Positions 17,062-25,023 of a stretch of 64,000 bases of DNA are shown piece after piece. Below the pieces are notes generated by a model that worked only from the letters and a program-made list of their open reading frames with translations, ran no database searches and was not told where the DNA came from. This DNA comes from an uncultured Clostridia bacterium (GTDB taxonomy: Bacteria > Bacillota > Clostridia > Oscillospirales > Oscillospiraceae). The position numbers and the translations under genes were made by a program. Numbering within the stretch: position 1 is the first letter of the stretch; every line of letters begins with the position of its first letter. The DNA lies in the NCBI GenBank assembly GCA_946617435.1, contig CAMOKD010000003.1:5779-69778 (forward strand), written 5' to 3'.

Positions 17062-18599
17062 TTGCCTGCCTCCTTTCTGGCCAGATCGTCCAGCACGCCC
17101 TTGGCGGCGGCCCGGCCGTTGGTGATCTGGGGGCCCATGCCGTCGCCGGACATTCCGTGGGCGCCGGCAAATTCCAGACCCTCAATAAAGTGGTCGTCCT
17201 GCTTCATCTGCAGGCGGGCCACCGCGTGGTCCTCCAGGCGGTGGGAATAGCCGTAGATGTTGCCCTTCCAGGCGCCCACATAGTGGGCAATGGTCATGGG
17301 GGTTTCCACCTCCAGCTCCACAATGTTCTTGCGGAAGTCCACGCCGGAGATTTTGATGTACTCCTCCATCATCTCGTTGGCCAGCCGCCGTTTCAGGGGC
17401 AGGTACTCCTCCTCAGTGACGCTCTCAAAGGGCTTGGAGGGCACCAGGGCCGTAATGGAGACCTGGCAGTAGCCCTTGGGCACACAGTCGGGGTTGGCGT
17501 AGTTCAGGCAGATGGTGGTGATATAGTTGTAGGGCTCGGTGAGATTGGAGTAGTTCTCCATGATCTCGTTGGTGTCCATGGTCCGGCCGGAGAAGGTGGA
17601 GTAGTTCATCAGGCCGTTCTCCTCCGGGGTCCCCTCCAAAATGGCGATGACCGACACCGGAGTCAAGGACAGCTCCCGGCCGTTGACCATCTTGATGGCC
17701 TCCTTCGGCACCTCGGACAGGGGCTCAATCATCTGGGTATAGACCTTGTTGGGGTAGGGGGCCGCAATCACATAGTCGCAGTAGATCTCGTCGCCCCGGT
17801 GGGTGCGCACGCCGTAGACTCTGCGGTTCTTGACCAGGATCTTGTCCACCTCCTGGCGGAACTCAAACTGGGCGCCGTTTTCCTCCACCTTTTGCTGCAG
17901 CTTCATAGACATCTCGTGGCTGTAGCCCCGGCAGACGTAGGAGCCGGTGAAGTAATCCGCCATGAGGAAGGCGTAGATGGTGAAGGGGAGCTTGTCCATG
18001 GGGCTGCCCACATAGATCCAGTAGGGGGTCAGCAGCTCCACCGCCTTTTTGGGCAGGTGGAAGGTGTTGATCACCTCTGTGGCGGAGTAGCCCACGGTTT
18101 TTACAAAATCGGGGTGCTTGAGCAGCATCATCGGCTTGCTCATGGGGGTGACGGAGAGGATGTTCATGCTGTCGTATACCCGGCGGCACAGGAGCATCAG
18201 CTCGTGGACCTTTTCAAAGGTGCCGGGCACGGCGGCGTCGATCTCCCGGGCCATGCGCTCATAGCCCTCGTGGAGGGTGACGTCCAGGTCGGAGTTGGGA
18301 AGCACCGCCCTGTAGCACTCGGGCACGTGGAGCCAGTCAATGTCCACACCCATGTCGTCAAAGAACTGGCCCACCTTCAACCGGTTGTCCTTGGTGCCGA
18401 TGGACATCATCTCATGGAGGGTGGCCTCAATCTCGAAGCCGTTGCGGACAAAGTCCGTGGCCAGGCCGCCGGGGAGGTTGTGCTTTTCCAGGATCAGGAT
18501 GTCCTTTACACCCTTGGCCTGGAGCTGCAGCGCCGCCGACATGCCCGCCAGTCCACCGCCGATGATGACCACCTGGTAATGGTCCTTATAGAATTTCAT
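17058..18599 (-). CDS. CrtI/phytoene-desaturase-family NAD(P)/FAD-dependent oxidoreductase
   Basis: Start at MKFYKDHYQVVIIGGGLAGMSAAL (GxGxxG), RBS AAAGGTGG. 513 aa. The C-terminal FAGAHGMSGDGMGPQITNGRAAA is typical of this family. Confidence 0.8.
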   Translation of the reverse strand: MKFYKDHYQVVIIGGGLAGMSAALQLQAKGVKDILILEKHNLPGGLATDFVRNGFEIEATLHEMMSIGTKDNRLKVGQFFDDMGVDIDWLHVPECYRAVLPNSDLDVTLHEGYERMAREIDAAVPGTFEKVHELMLLCRRVYDSMNILSVTPMSKPMMLLKHPDFVKTVGYSATEVINTFHLPKKAVELLTPYWIYVGSPMDKLPFTIYAFLMADYFTGSYVCRGYSHEMSMKLQQKVEENGAQFEFRQEVDKILVKNRRVYGVRTHRGDEIYCDYVIAAPYPNKVYTQMIEPLSEVPKEAIKMVNGRELSLTPVSVIAILEGTPEENGLMNYSTFSGRTMDTNEIMENYSNLTEPYNYITTICLNYANPDCVPKGYCQVSITALVPSKPFESVTEEEYLPLKRRLANEMMEEYIKISGVDFRKNIVELEVETPMTIAHYVGAWKGNIYGYSHRLEDHAVARLQMKQDDHFIEGLEFAGAHGMSGDGMGPQITNGRAAAKGVLDDLARKEAGK

Positions 18600-18671
18600 C
18601 GGATTCCACCTTTCTGTAACAGTGCAGGGGAGGTGTAGCCTCCCCTGCAAATTTCATAGCTGGCGCCTGCC

Positions 18672-20066
18672 TCAGAAGAAACGCTCCACCAGTTCGCGGG
18701 AGTACTCGGCGGTCTCGTCCATATCGCCGAAGGACATAATCTCACCGGCGTAGAAGGTGTCGTACTTGTCCTGCATGGCCTCAACCTTGTCGTACCAGCC
18801 GGCGGCATAGTCGTCGGAGAAGACATGGGGGAAGTAGTACACAGACCACTCGTTGATCACGTTGGAGGCAGGGTTCTTCATGGTCTTCAGGTCGTCCAGA
18901 ACCATCTGGCGGCACTCCTCGTAGGGAACCTCCCGGCGGGTCTTGTGCTTGCGCAGGGCATAGGTGGTGATGACCTGATCCTTGGTGTCCTTCCAGCGGC
19001 GATAGTAGACCATCAGGTGGCCCAGGCGCTCGGGCACCATGTTGTCAAATACGTAGTAGGAGATCTCGGGGTGATCCTCGGGCTTGGTCTCCACGGCCAG
19101 CACGTCGTAGCGCTCGTAATCGATCTTGGAGAACAGCTCCTTCTCGTCCTCGCGGGCGTCAAAGAAGTCCACCATGCCCACCAGGCCGTCCTTGCGGTTT
19201 TCCTTGTTGGCCACATACAGGGGAGAGGTGACGATGATCTTGTCATACTCTTCCACCGCGCCGTTGACGGTGACGTAGACCTTGCCGTCCTTGCGCTCTA
19301 CCTTTTCGATGATGGAGTTCAGCCGAGCAGGGTTCTTCAGGTGCTCGTTGAGCTGCTCCCAGATGTACTGGGTGCCTTCCTTCCAGGTCCAGAGATTGAC
19401 GTTGACAAAGTTCATGCAGGTCTGGAAGTCCAGATACTTCAGCACGTAGGCGGCGGGGATTTCGTCAAAGTAGCCATAGCCGAAGGAGGTGAAGGGCCCG
19501 ATCCAGACGTCCTGGGTCAGCTCCACGCCGTTGATGCGGCAGAATTCGCTGAACGGCAGGGCCAGATCCTTCAGGTTGGGGTTAAAGCCGGAGACAGGCT
19601 CCCGCTTGGCGTTGCGGGCGGAGAAGCCGTCATACCGGCCCTCGGCCACGCCCCGGTGGCCGTTCAGGTCATAGCCCTTGTACTTGGTCTCCAGGATTTC
19701 GCCCAGCTTCTTCACCTGCTTTTTCATCTTCAGCAGGCGGGGGATCTTGGTGATGTTCTTCTTGGGCTCAAAGGGCTCAATCACATTGCCTTCGCTGTCC
19801 TTGTAGTTCCGGTTCAGCTTGGGGCCGTCGTGGGTGATGCCGCAGAATTCCTCTACGTCGTGCACGGCGTAGTAGGAGGGCACGCCCATAATGGCGCCCA
19901 TCTCATACCGGCGGCCGTTGTAGTGGGGGGACCAGCACTTGCCGCCCACCCGGTCGGCCTTTTCCAGGATGGTGTAGTTGGTATAGCCCTTCTTTTCCAG
20001 GTACATGCCGGCAGACAGACCGGCGGGGCCGCCGCCGATGATACAGATGCGAGTGGATTTATCCAT
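18672..20066 (-). CDS. FAD-dependent amine-oxidase-fold protein resembling polyenoic fatty acid isomerase (PAI type)
   Basis: 464 aa. RICIIGGGPAGLSAGMYLEKKGYTNYTILEKADRVGGKCWSPHYNGRRYEMGAIMGVPSY and the C-terminal FYAGEIMSFGDMDETAEYSRELVERFF closely resemble the Cutibacterium acnes PAI sequence as I remember it (unverified). AAGGAGG RBS. Confidence 0.65.
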   Translation of the reverse strand: MDKSTRICIIGGGPAGLSAGMYLEKKGYTNYTILEKADRVGGKCWSPHYNGRRYEMGAIMGVPSYYAVHDVEEFCGITHDGPKLNRNYKDSEGNVIEPFEPKKNITKIPRLLKMKKQVKKLGEILETKYKGYDLNGHRGVAEGRYDGFSARNAKREPVSGFNPNLKDLALPFSEFCRINGVELTQDVWIGPFTSFGYGYFDEIPAAYVLKYLDFQTCMNFVNVNLWTWKEGTQYIWEQLNEHLKNPARLNSIIEKVERKDGKVYVTVNGAVEEYDKIIVTSPLYVANKENRKDGLVGMVDFFDAREDEKELFSKIDYERYDVLAVETKPEDHPEISYYVFDNMVPERLGHLMVYYRRWKDTKDQVITTYALRKHKTRREVPYEECRQMVLDDLKTMKNPASNVINEWSVYYFPHVFSDDYAAGWYDKVEAMQDKYDTFYAGEIMSFGDMDETAEYSRELVERFF

Positions 20067-20233
20067 AAGATAAGCCTCCTTAAATTAATCCGCCGTTATT
20101 ATACTACATCCCCGTCCAAATTGCACTACTTTTTTTCCTGAGAAATAAAAATTCCTGTATCTTTTTTACAAACCTGATGGTATAATAGGGAAAACCGGGC
20201 CTGCGGCCCGGAACCAAGGAAAGGAGCGATTAG

Positions 20234-21580
20234 ATGCGGTTTGATTCCTTTTCCCATCTGCTCTCTCACCAGGCCCTGGCCCTGGGCGACCGGATTGCCC
20301 TGCGCGGCGCCGGGGTGGAATACACCTACCGGCAGCTCTGTGACCGGGCCCTGGCCCTGGCTGAGGACTGGCGTCGGGCTGGCAAAACCTGCCTTGGCGT
20401 GCTGTGCGACGGCACGCCGGAGTGTGTCCTTGCCATACTCTCGGCCAATCTGGCCGGGCTGCAGGTGGTGCTGCTGGACGAGCATACGCCGGAGTCCCTG
20501 CTGCCCCGGTTGATCGAATACACCGATGTGGACGTCCTCTGGGGCGACGAGGACCTGGTGCAGGACCTTGCCCCCTATCTCACCGCCGGGGTGCAAAACG
20601 GCGCCGGCAGGCTGCTGTTCTTCACCTCCGGCACCACCCGGGCGGCCAAGGCTGTGGTGCTGACCGACCGCAGTCTCTGCGCCAGCGCCTACAACGGCGG
20701 GGCAAAGCTGCCCCTGTCGACTGACGACACCCTGCTTTGTATGCTGCCGCTGAACCATGTGTTCGGCTTTGTCTGCGGCCTTCTCTGGGCTCTGAGCTGC
20801 GGCGCTGCGGTGGCCATGGGCCGGGGTATGCGGCATTATGGGGACGACTGCGGCTTTTTCAAGCCCACGGTGCTCTCTGCGGTGCCGTCTCTGCTGGGCT
20901 TTTTGCTCCGGGCGGGGGCCATCAATCCGGAGCTCCGGCTCATTCTGGTGGGGGCAGGGGACTGCCCGCCCCAGCTGCTGCGCAGCGCCGAGGAGCTGGG
21001 CCTGCAAATCAGCTTCGGCTACGGCCTTACGGAGACCAGCTCCGGCGTGGCCCTGTCCGTCTCGGGCAATCCCTATGCCATGGAGATCTGCCCCGACGAC
21101 ACCGTCACCCTGGCCGAGGATGGGGAGATTCTGATCCACGCCCCCACCTGTATCATGCAGGGCTACTATAAGCTGCCCGAGGAGACCGACCAGGTCCTGC
21201 AAAACGGCATTCTCCACACCGGCGACCTGGGCTTTTTGGACGAGGAGGGGCGGCTGCATCTCCAGGGCCGCAAAAAGGAGATCCTGGTGCTCCAGGATGG
21301 CACTAAGCTCTACCTGCCGGAGTACGAATCCGCCCTGGCCCAGCTGCTGCAGACCCGGGAGCTGGCTGTGGTGCTGAGACAGCAGATCCCCACCCTGGTG
21401 CTTCAGGGCCAGGGCGAGGAGCAGGAGCTGCTCCGCCGTCTGGCCCCGGTGAATGCCGACCGGCCCAGGAATCAGCAGATCAAAAAAGTCATTTTTCTCT
21501 CCCAAAGCCTGCCCCGCACTGCCACGGGCAAGCTCAAGCGCTGGGAGCTCAATCAAATCATAGAGGAGACCATGTTATGA
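20234..21580 (+). CDS. class-I adenylate-forming enzyme (acyl-AMP/acyl-carrier ligase-like)
   Basis: 448 aa. AMP-binding core FFTSGTTRAAKAVVLT, plus GYGLTETSS, GDLGFLDEEGRLHLQGRKKE and a terminal PRTATGKLKR. AAGGAAAGGAG RBS. Confidence 0.85.
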   Translation: MRFDSFSHLLSHQALALGDRIALRGAGVEYTYRQLCDRALALAEDWRRAGKTCLGVLCDGTPECVLAILSANLAGLQVVLLDEHTPESLLPRLIEYTDVDVLWGDEDLVQDLAPYLTAGVQNGAGRLLFFTSGTTRAAKAVVLTDRSLCASAYNGGAKLPLSTDDTLLCMLPLNHVFGFVCGLLWALSCGAAVAMGRGMRHYGDDCGFFKPTVLSAVPSLLGFLLRAGAINPELRLILVGAGDCPPQLLRSAEELGLQISFGYGLTETSSGVALSVSGNPYAMEICPDDTVTLAEDGEILIHAPTCIMQGYYKLPEETDQVLQNGILHTGDLGFLDEEGRLHLQGRKKEILVLQDGTKLYLPEYESALAQLLQTRELAVVLRQQIPTLVLQGQGEEQELLRRLAPVNADRPRNQQIKKVIFLSQSLPRTATGKLKRWELNQIIEETML

Positions 21581-21831
21581 CACACGCAGAAATTCTGGAA
21601 CGCACCAAAGAGATCATCTACGAGGCAGCCCCCCGCATGGAGGGCACGGACCTGCAGGAGGACACCGTGATCAACACCGACGCCGCCATTGACTCCATGG
21701 GCTTTACCCTGGTGATCTGCCGGCTGGAGGCGGATTTTGACATCCGCATCCCCGACCGTCAGTGGCAAAAGCTCCAGACCCTGGGCGACGTGGTCACCGC
21801 CATCGAAAAGCAGCTGGCCAAAAAGGGCTGA
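21577..21831 (+). CDS. stand-alone acyl carrier protein
   Basis: 84 aa. ATGA overlap with the ligase gene. Phosphopantetheine-site motif AIDSMGF, acidic helix-bundle composition. Confidence 0.8.
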   Translation: MTHAEILERTKEIIYEAAPRMEGTDLQEDTVINTDAAIDSMGFTLVICRLEADFDIRIPDRQWQKLQTLGDVVTAIEKQLAKKG

Positions 21832-21877
21832 GTCCGCCTCTTGGCACCGTACATCATTCAAACACAGGTAGACATCT

Positions 21878-22597
21878 ATGGAGATTTACGAACAGACCGT
21901 CACCCTGCACAACGCGGACGTAGATATGCACCGCCGCCTGAGACTGTCGGTGCTCTTCACCCTCCTGCAGGAGAGCGCCATTGCCCACACCACCCTTTTG
22001 GGGGCCGGACGGGAAAAGACCCTGGACCGGGGTCTTTTGTGGGTCATCGCCCTGCAGCAGGCCGATATCACCCGCCTGCCGGAGTATGACGAGACCGTCA
22101 CCCTCCAGTCCTGGCCCGGCAGCCTGATGCACGTGTTCTTTCCCCGGTACTACCGGCTGCTGGACGCCGCCGGCGGGGAACTGGTTCGGGGCTGCGCCCT
22201 GTGGGCGCTGATGCGGGCCTCCAGCCGCGCCATGGTGTTTCCGGAAGAGGAAGGGGTCGCTATTCCCGGTGTCCGCACCGGCTGGGAGACCCCTCTGCCC
22301 CGGATGCCCCGCCCGGCCCAGGCCCAGGGCAGCAGCACCTTCACCGTGCCCTACAGCTACACAGATCTCAACGGACACATGAACAACACCCGCTACTTTG
22401 ATCTCATGCAGGATACCCTGCCCCTGGAGCTTACCGCCCGCACCCCCCGCTGCGTCCGGGCAGAATACACCGCCGAAGCCCGCTGCGGCACTGAGATTGC
22501 CCTGCACTGGGCCCGCCAGGAGGACTGCTGGCAGCTCTGGGGCGAGGGGGACAAGCGGCTGTTCAGACTGGCGGTGGACTATGACCCGGCACTTTGA
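21878..22597 (+). CDS. acyl-[ACP] thioesterase (FatA/B-like double hot-dog)
   Basis: 239 aa. Typical N-terminus YEQTVTLHNADVDMHRRLRLSVLFTLLQESAIAHT and a second-half motif YTDLNGHMNNTRYFD. Confidence 0.82.
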   Translation: MEIYEQTVTLHNADVDMHRRLRLSVLFTLLQESAIAHTTLLGAGREKTLDRGLLWVIALQQADITRLPEYDETVTLQSWPGSLMHVFFPRYYRLLDAAGGELVRGCALWALMRASSRAMVFPEEEGVAIPGVRTGWETPLPRMPRPAQAQGSSTFTVPYSYTDLNGHMNNTRYFDLMQDTLPLELTARTPRCVRAEYTAEARCGTEIALHWARQEDCWQLWGEGDKRLFRLAVDYDPAL

Positions 22598-23390
22598 ACT
22601 GCTGCGCTGCCCGGTCTGTGGCGGGGAGCTGTTCCCGGCGGAGCACTGCCTGCGCTGCAGTCTGTGCCACAGCTTTGACGTGGCAAAAGAGGGTTATGTA
22701 AACCTTATGCGCACCCATCGCCGGGGCGATACCATGGGCGACGCCAAGCAGGCCGCCCGGTTCCGCCGGGATTTTCTGAACAAGGGCTACTACGAGCCGC
22801 TGCGCAGCCGCCTGGTGGAGGAGTTTGCCCACCGCCGGGGCACGGTGCTGGATATCTGCTGTGGGGAGGGGTACTACACCAGCGCCCTGGGGCAGAATCC
22901 GGCTCTCACGGTGTACGGCTTTGACCTGGCCCGTGAGATGGTCCGTCTGGCGGCCAAGCGGGGCGGAGCAGACTATTTTGTGGCAAACCTGGCCCAGCTG
23001 CCGGTGCAGGAGGGGAGCTTTGACTACGCGGTGCACCTGTTTGCGCCCTTCCAGGAGCGGGCCTTTGTCCGCCTGCTTCAGCCGGGAGGGCGGCTTTACA
23101 CCGTGGTGCCGGGCCGCCGTCACCTTTTCGGGCTGAAGCAGGCAGTGTATGACCGGCCCTACGAGAACGACGAGACCCTGCCCCAAACCCAGGTGCTCCG
23201 CCCGGCAGGCCGGTGGAAGGTCTGCAGTCAGATTACCCTGGCCTGCCCGGAGGACATCCGGGCGGTATTCCGCATGACCCCGTATTACTACCGCACCTCC
23301 CCGGCGGACCGGCAGAAGCTGGAGGGGCTGCAAACCCTCACCACTGAAATCGAGTTTGTCCTGGCGGCCTACGACCGGCCGGAGGACTGA
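22581..23390 (+). CDS. rlmA: 23S rRNA (guanine-N1)-methyltransferase RlmA
   Basis: Start at ATG 22581, overlapping the thioesterase gene by 17 nt. Zn-finger LRCPVCGGEL..CSLCHSFDVAKEGYVNLM and SAM motif VLDICCGEGYYT parallel E. coli RlmA. Confidence 0.88.
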   Translation: MTRHFELLRCPVCGGELFPAEHCLRCSLCHSFDVAKEGYVNLMRTHRRGDTMGDAKQAARFRRDFLNKGYYEPLRSRLVEEFAHRRGTVLDICCGEGYYTSALGQNPALTVYGFDLAREMVRLAAKRGGADYFVANLAQLPVQEGSFDYAVHLFAPFQERAFVRLLQPGGRLYTVVPGRRHLFGLKQAVYDRPYENDETLPQTQVLRPAGRWKVCSQITLACPEDIRAVFRMTPYYYRTSPADRQKLEGLQTLTTEIEFVLAAYDRPED

Positions 23391-23461
23391 CACAACTGCC
23401 AAAAAGCCAAACCCCAAACTGGGGATTTCCCCCAAATCTCGCCCCTTGCGGCGGATTTGGA

Positions 23462-23490
23462 TTGCATCCCGTGGGAAAATGGGATATAAT
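23462..23490 (+). promoter_or_regulatory. sigma-A promoter for the nucleoside-salvage operon
   Basis: TTGCAT, 17 nt, TATAAT. Confidence 0.6.
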
Positions 23491-23527
23491 ATAGGGTACG
23501 AGAGAATGAAAGGACGGAGACAGCAAA

Positions 23528-24118
23528 TTGGCGAAGCTCTATTTTAAATACGGCGCTATGGGGTCCTCCAAGACCGCCCAGGCCCTGATTACCAAGTACA
23601 ACTACGAAGAAAACGCCATGCGGGTCTGGCTCATCAAGCCCGCCACCGACAACCGGGACGGGGCCACGGTGGTCCGCTCCCGGATCGGCCTGATGGCAGA
23701 GGCCGAGAGCATGGCGCCTGACGCGGATTTATACGCACTGTTCACCCAGCGCAACGCCGATGTGGTCATTGTGGACGAGTGCCAGTTCTTCCCCCCGGAG
23801 CAGATTGACCAGCTGCGCCGGATTGTGGACGACCTGGACATCCCGGTGCTCTGCTTCGGCCTGCGTTCCGACTTCCAGACCAAGCTCTTCCCCGGCAGCA
23901 AGCGGCTCTTTGAGCTGGCCGACAGCATCCAGGAGATCAAAACCATCTGCGACTGCGGCTCCAAGGCCACGGTGAACGCCAGGGTGGTGGACGGCTATGT
24001 GGTGACCGAGGGCGCCCAGGTGGTGCTGGGCGGCAACGACAGCTACATTGCCATGTGCCACCGCTGCTATCGCCGGGCCATTGCAGAACACCGGAAGATC
24101 CAGCTGCATCAACACTGA
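23528..24118 (+). CDS. tdk: thymidine kinase
   Basis: TTG start. P-loop GAMGSSKT, VDECQFF, C-terminal Zn ribbon CDCG...CHRC. 196 aa. Confidence 0.92.
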   Translation: MAKLYFKYGAMGSSKTAQALITKYNYEENAMRVWLIKPATDNRDGATVVRSRIGLMAEAESMAPDADLYALFTQRNADVVIVDECQFFPPEQIDQLRRIVDDLDIPVLCFGLRSDFQTKLFPGSKRLFELADSIQEIKTICDCGSKATVNARVVDGYVVTEGAQVVLGGNDSYIAMCHRCYRRAIAEHRKIQLHQH

Positions 24119-24158
24119 GCGCAACCTCATATTTTTACATCAGAAAGGAGTCATCCCT

Positions 24159-24899
24159 ATGAATTATCCGACCCCCCATATCAAGGCGACCCCCGCAGAT
24201 TTCGGTCAGACCGTGCTCATGCCCGGTGACCCCCTGCGCTCCAAGTACATTGCCGAGCACTTCCTGGAAAACCCTGTCCTGGTCAACAACGTCCGGGGCG
24301 TACAGGGCTACACCGGCACCTATAAGGGCGTCCGGGTGTCTGTTATGGCCTCCGGCATGGGCATGCCCTCCATCGGCATCTACTCCCACGAGCTGTACAA
24401 CGCCTTCGGCGTGCAGAACATCATGCGCATCGGCTCCGCCGGCGCCATTCAGCCCGAAATCAACCTGAAGGACATCGTCATGGCCATGGGCGCCAGCATG
24501 GACTCCAACTATCAGGCCCAGTTCCACCTGGCAGGGAACTTTGCGCCCATCTGCTCTTATGAGATGCTCCACGCCGCCGTGCGCTCCGCCGAGGAGCTGG
24601 GCGCGGTGTACCATGTGGGCAACATTCTGTCCTCCGACTTCTTCTATGACGATGACGAGGGAATCCCCGAGACCCTGAACGCCAAGCGCAACTGGCAGAA
24701 GATGGGCATCATGGCCATCGAAATGGAATCTGCTGCGCTGTATCTCAACGCTGCCCGGTACAAGAAGAACGCCCTGTGCATCTGCACCGTCTCCGACCAG
24801 CTGGTGCGCAACGAGTTCCTCACCGCCGACGAGCGCCAGACCGGCTTTGAGCAGATGATGAAGGTTGCCCTGGAAACGGCGGTCAAGCTGGAGAAGTAA
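24159..24899 (+). CDS. deoD: purine nucleoside phosphorylase, DeoD type
   Basis: MNYPTPHIKATPADFGQTVLMPGDPLRSKYIAE, VMASGMGMPSIGIYSHEL, MRIGSAGA. AAAGGAG RBS. Confidence 0.92.
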   Translation: MNYPTPHIKATPADFGQTVLMPGDPLRSKYIAEHFLENPVLVNNVRGVQGYTGTYKGVRVSVMASGMGMPSIGIYSHELYNAFGVQNIMRIGSAGAIQPEINLKDIVMAMGASMDSNYQAQFHLAGNFAPICSYEMLHAAVRSAEELGAVYHVGNILSSDFFYDDDEGIPETLNAKRNWQKMGIMAIEMESAALYLNAARYKKNALCICTVSDQLVRNEFLTADERQTGFEQMMKVALETAVKLEK

Positions 24900-25023
24900 A
24901 GGATCAGGCGGCGGGAAACAGGCAATCGCCCATTGGGCAATAGGCGACAGGAACAAGACGGGACGCTCTGCCATTGCCGGTTGCCTGGTACCTGTTGCCG
25001 TTCAAAAGGAAAGGATTGATTTC

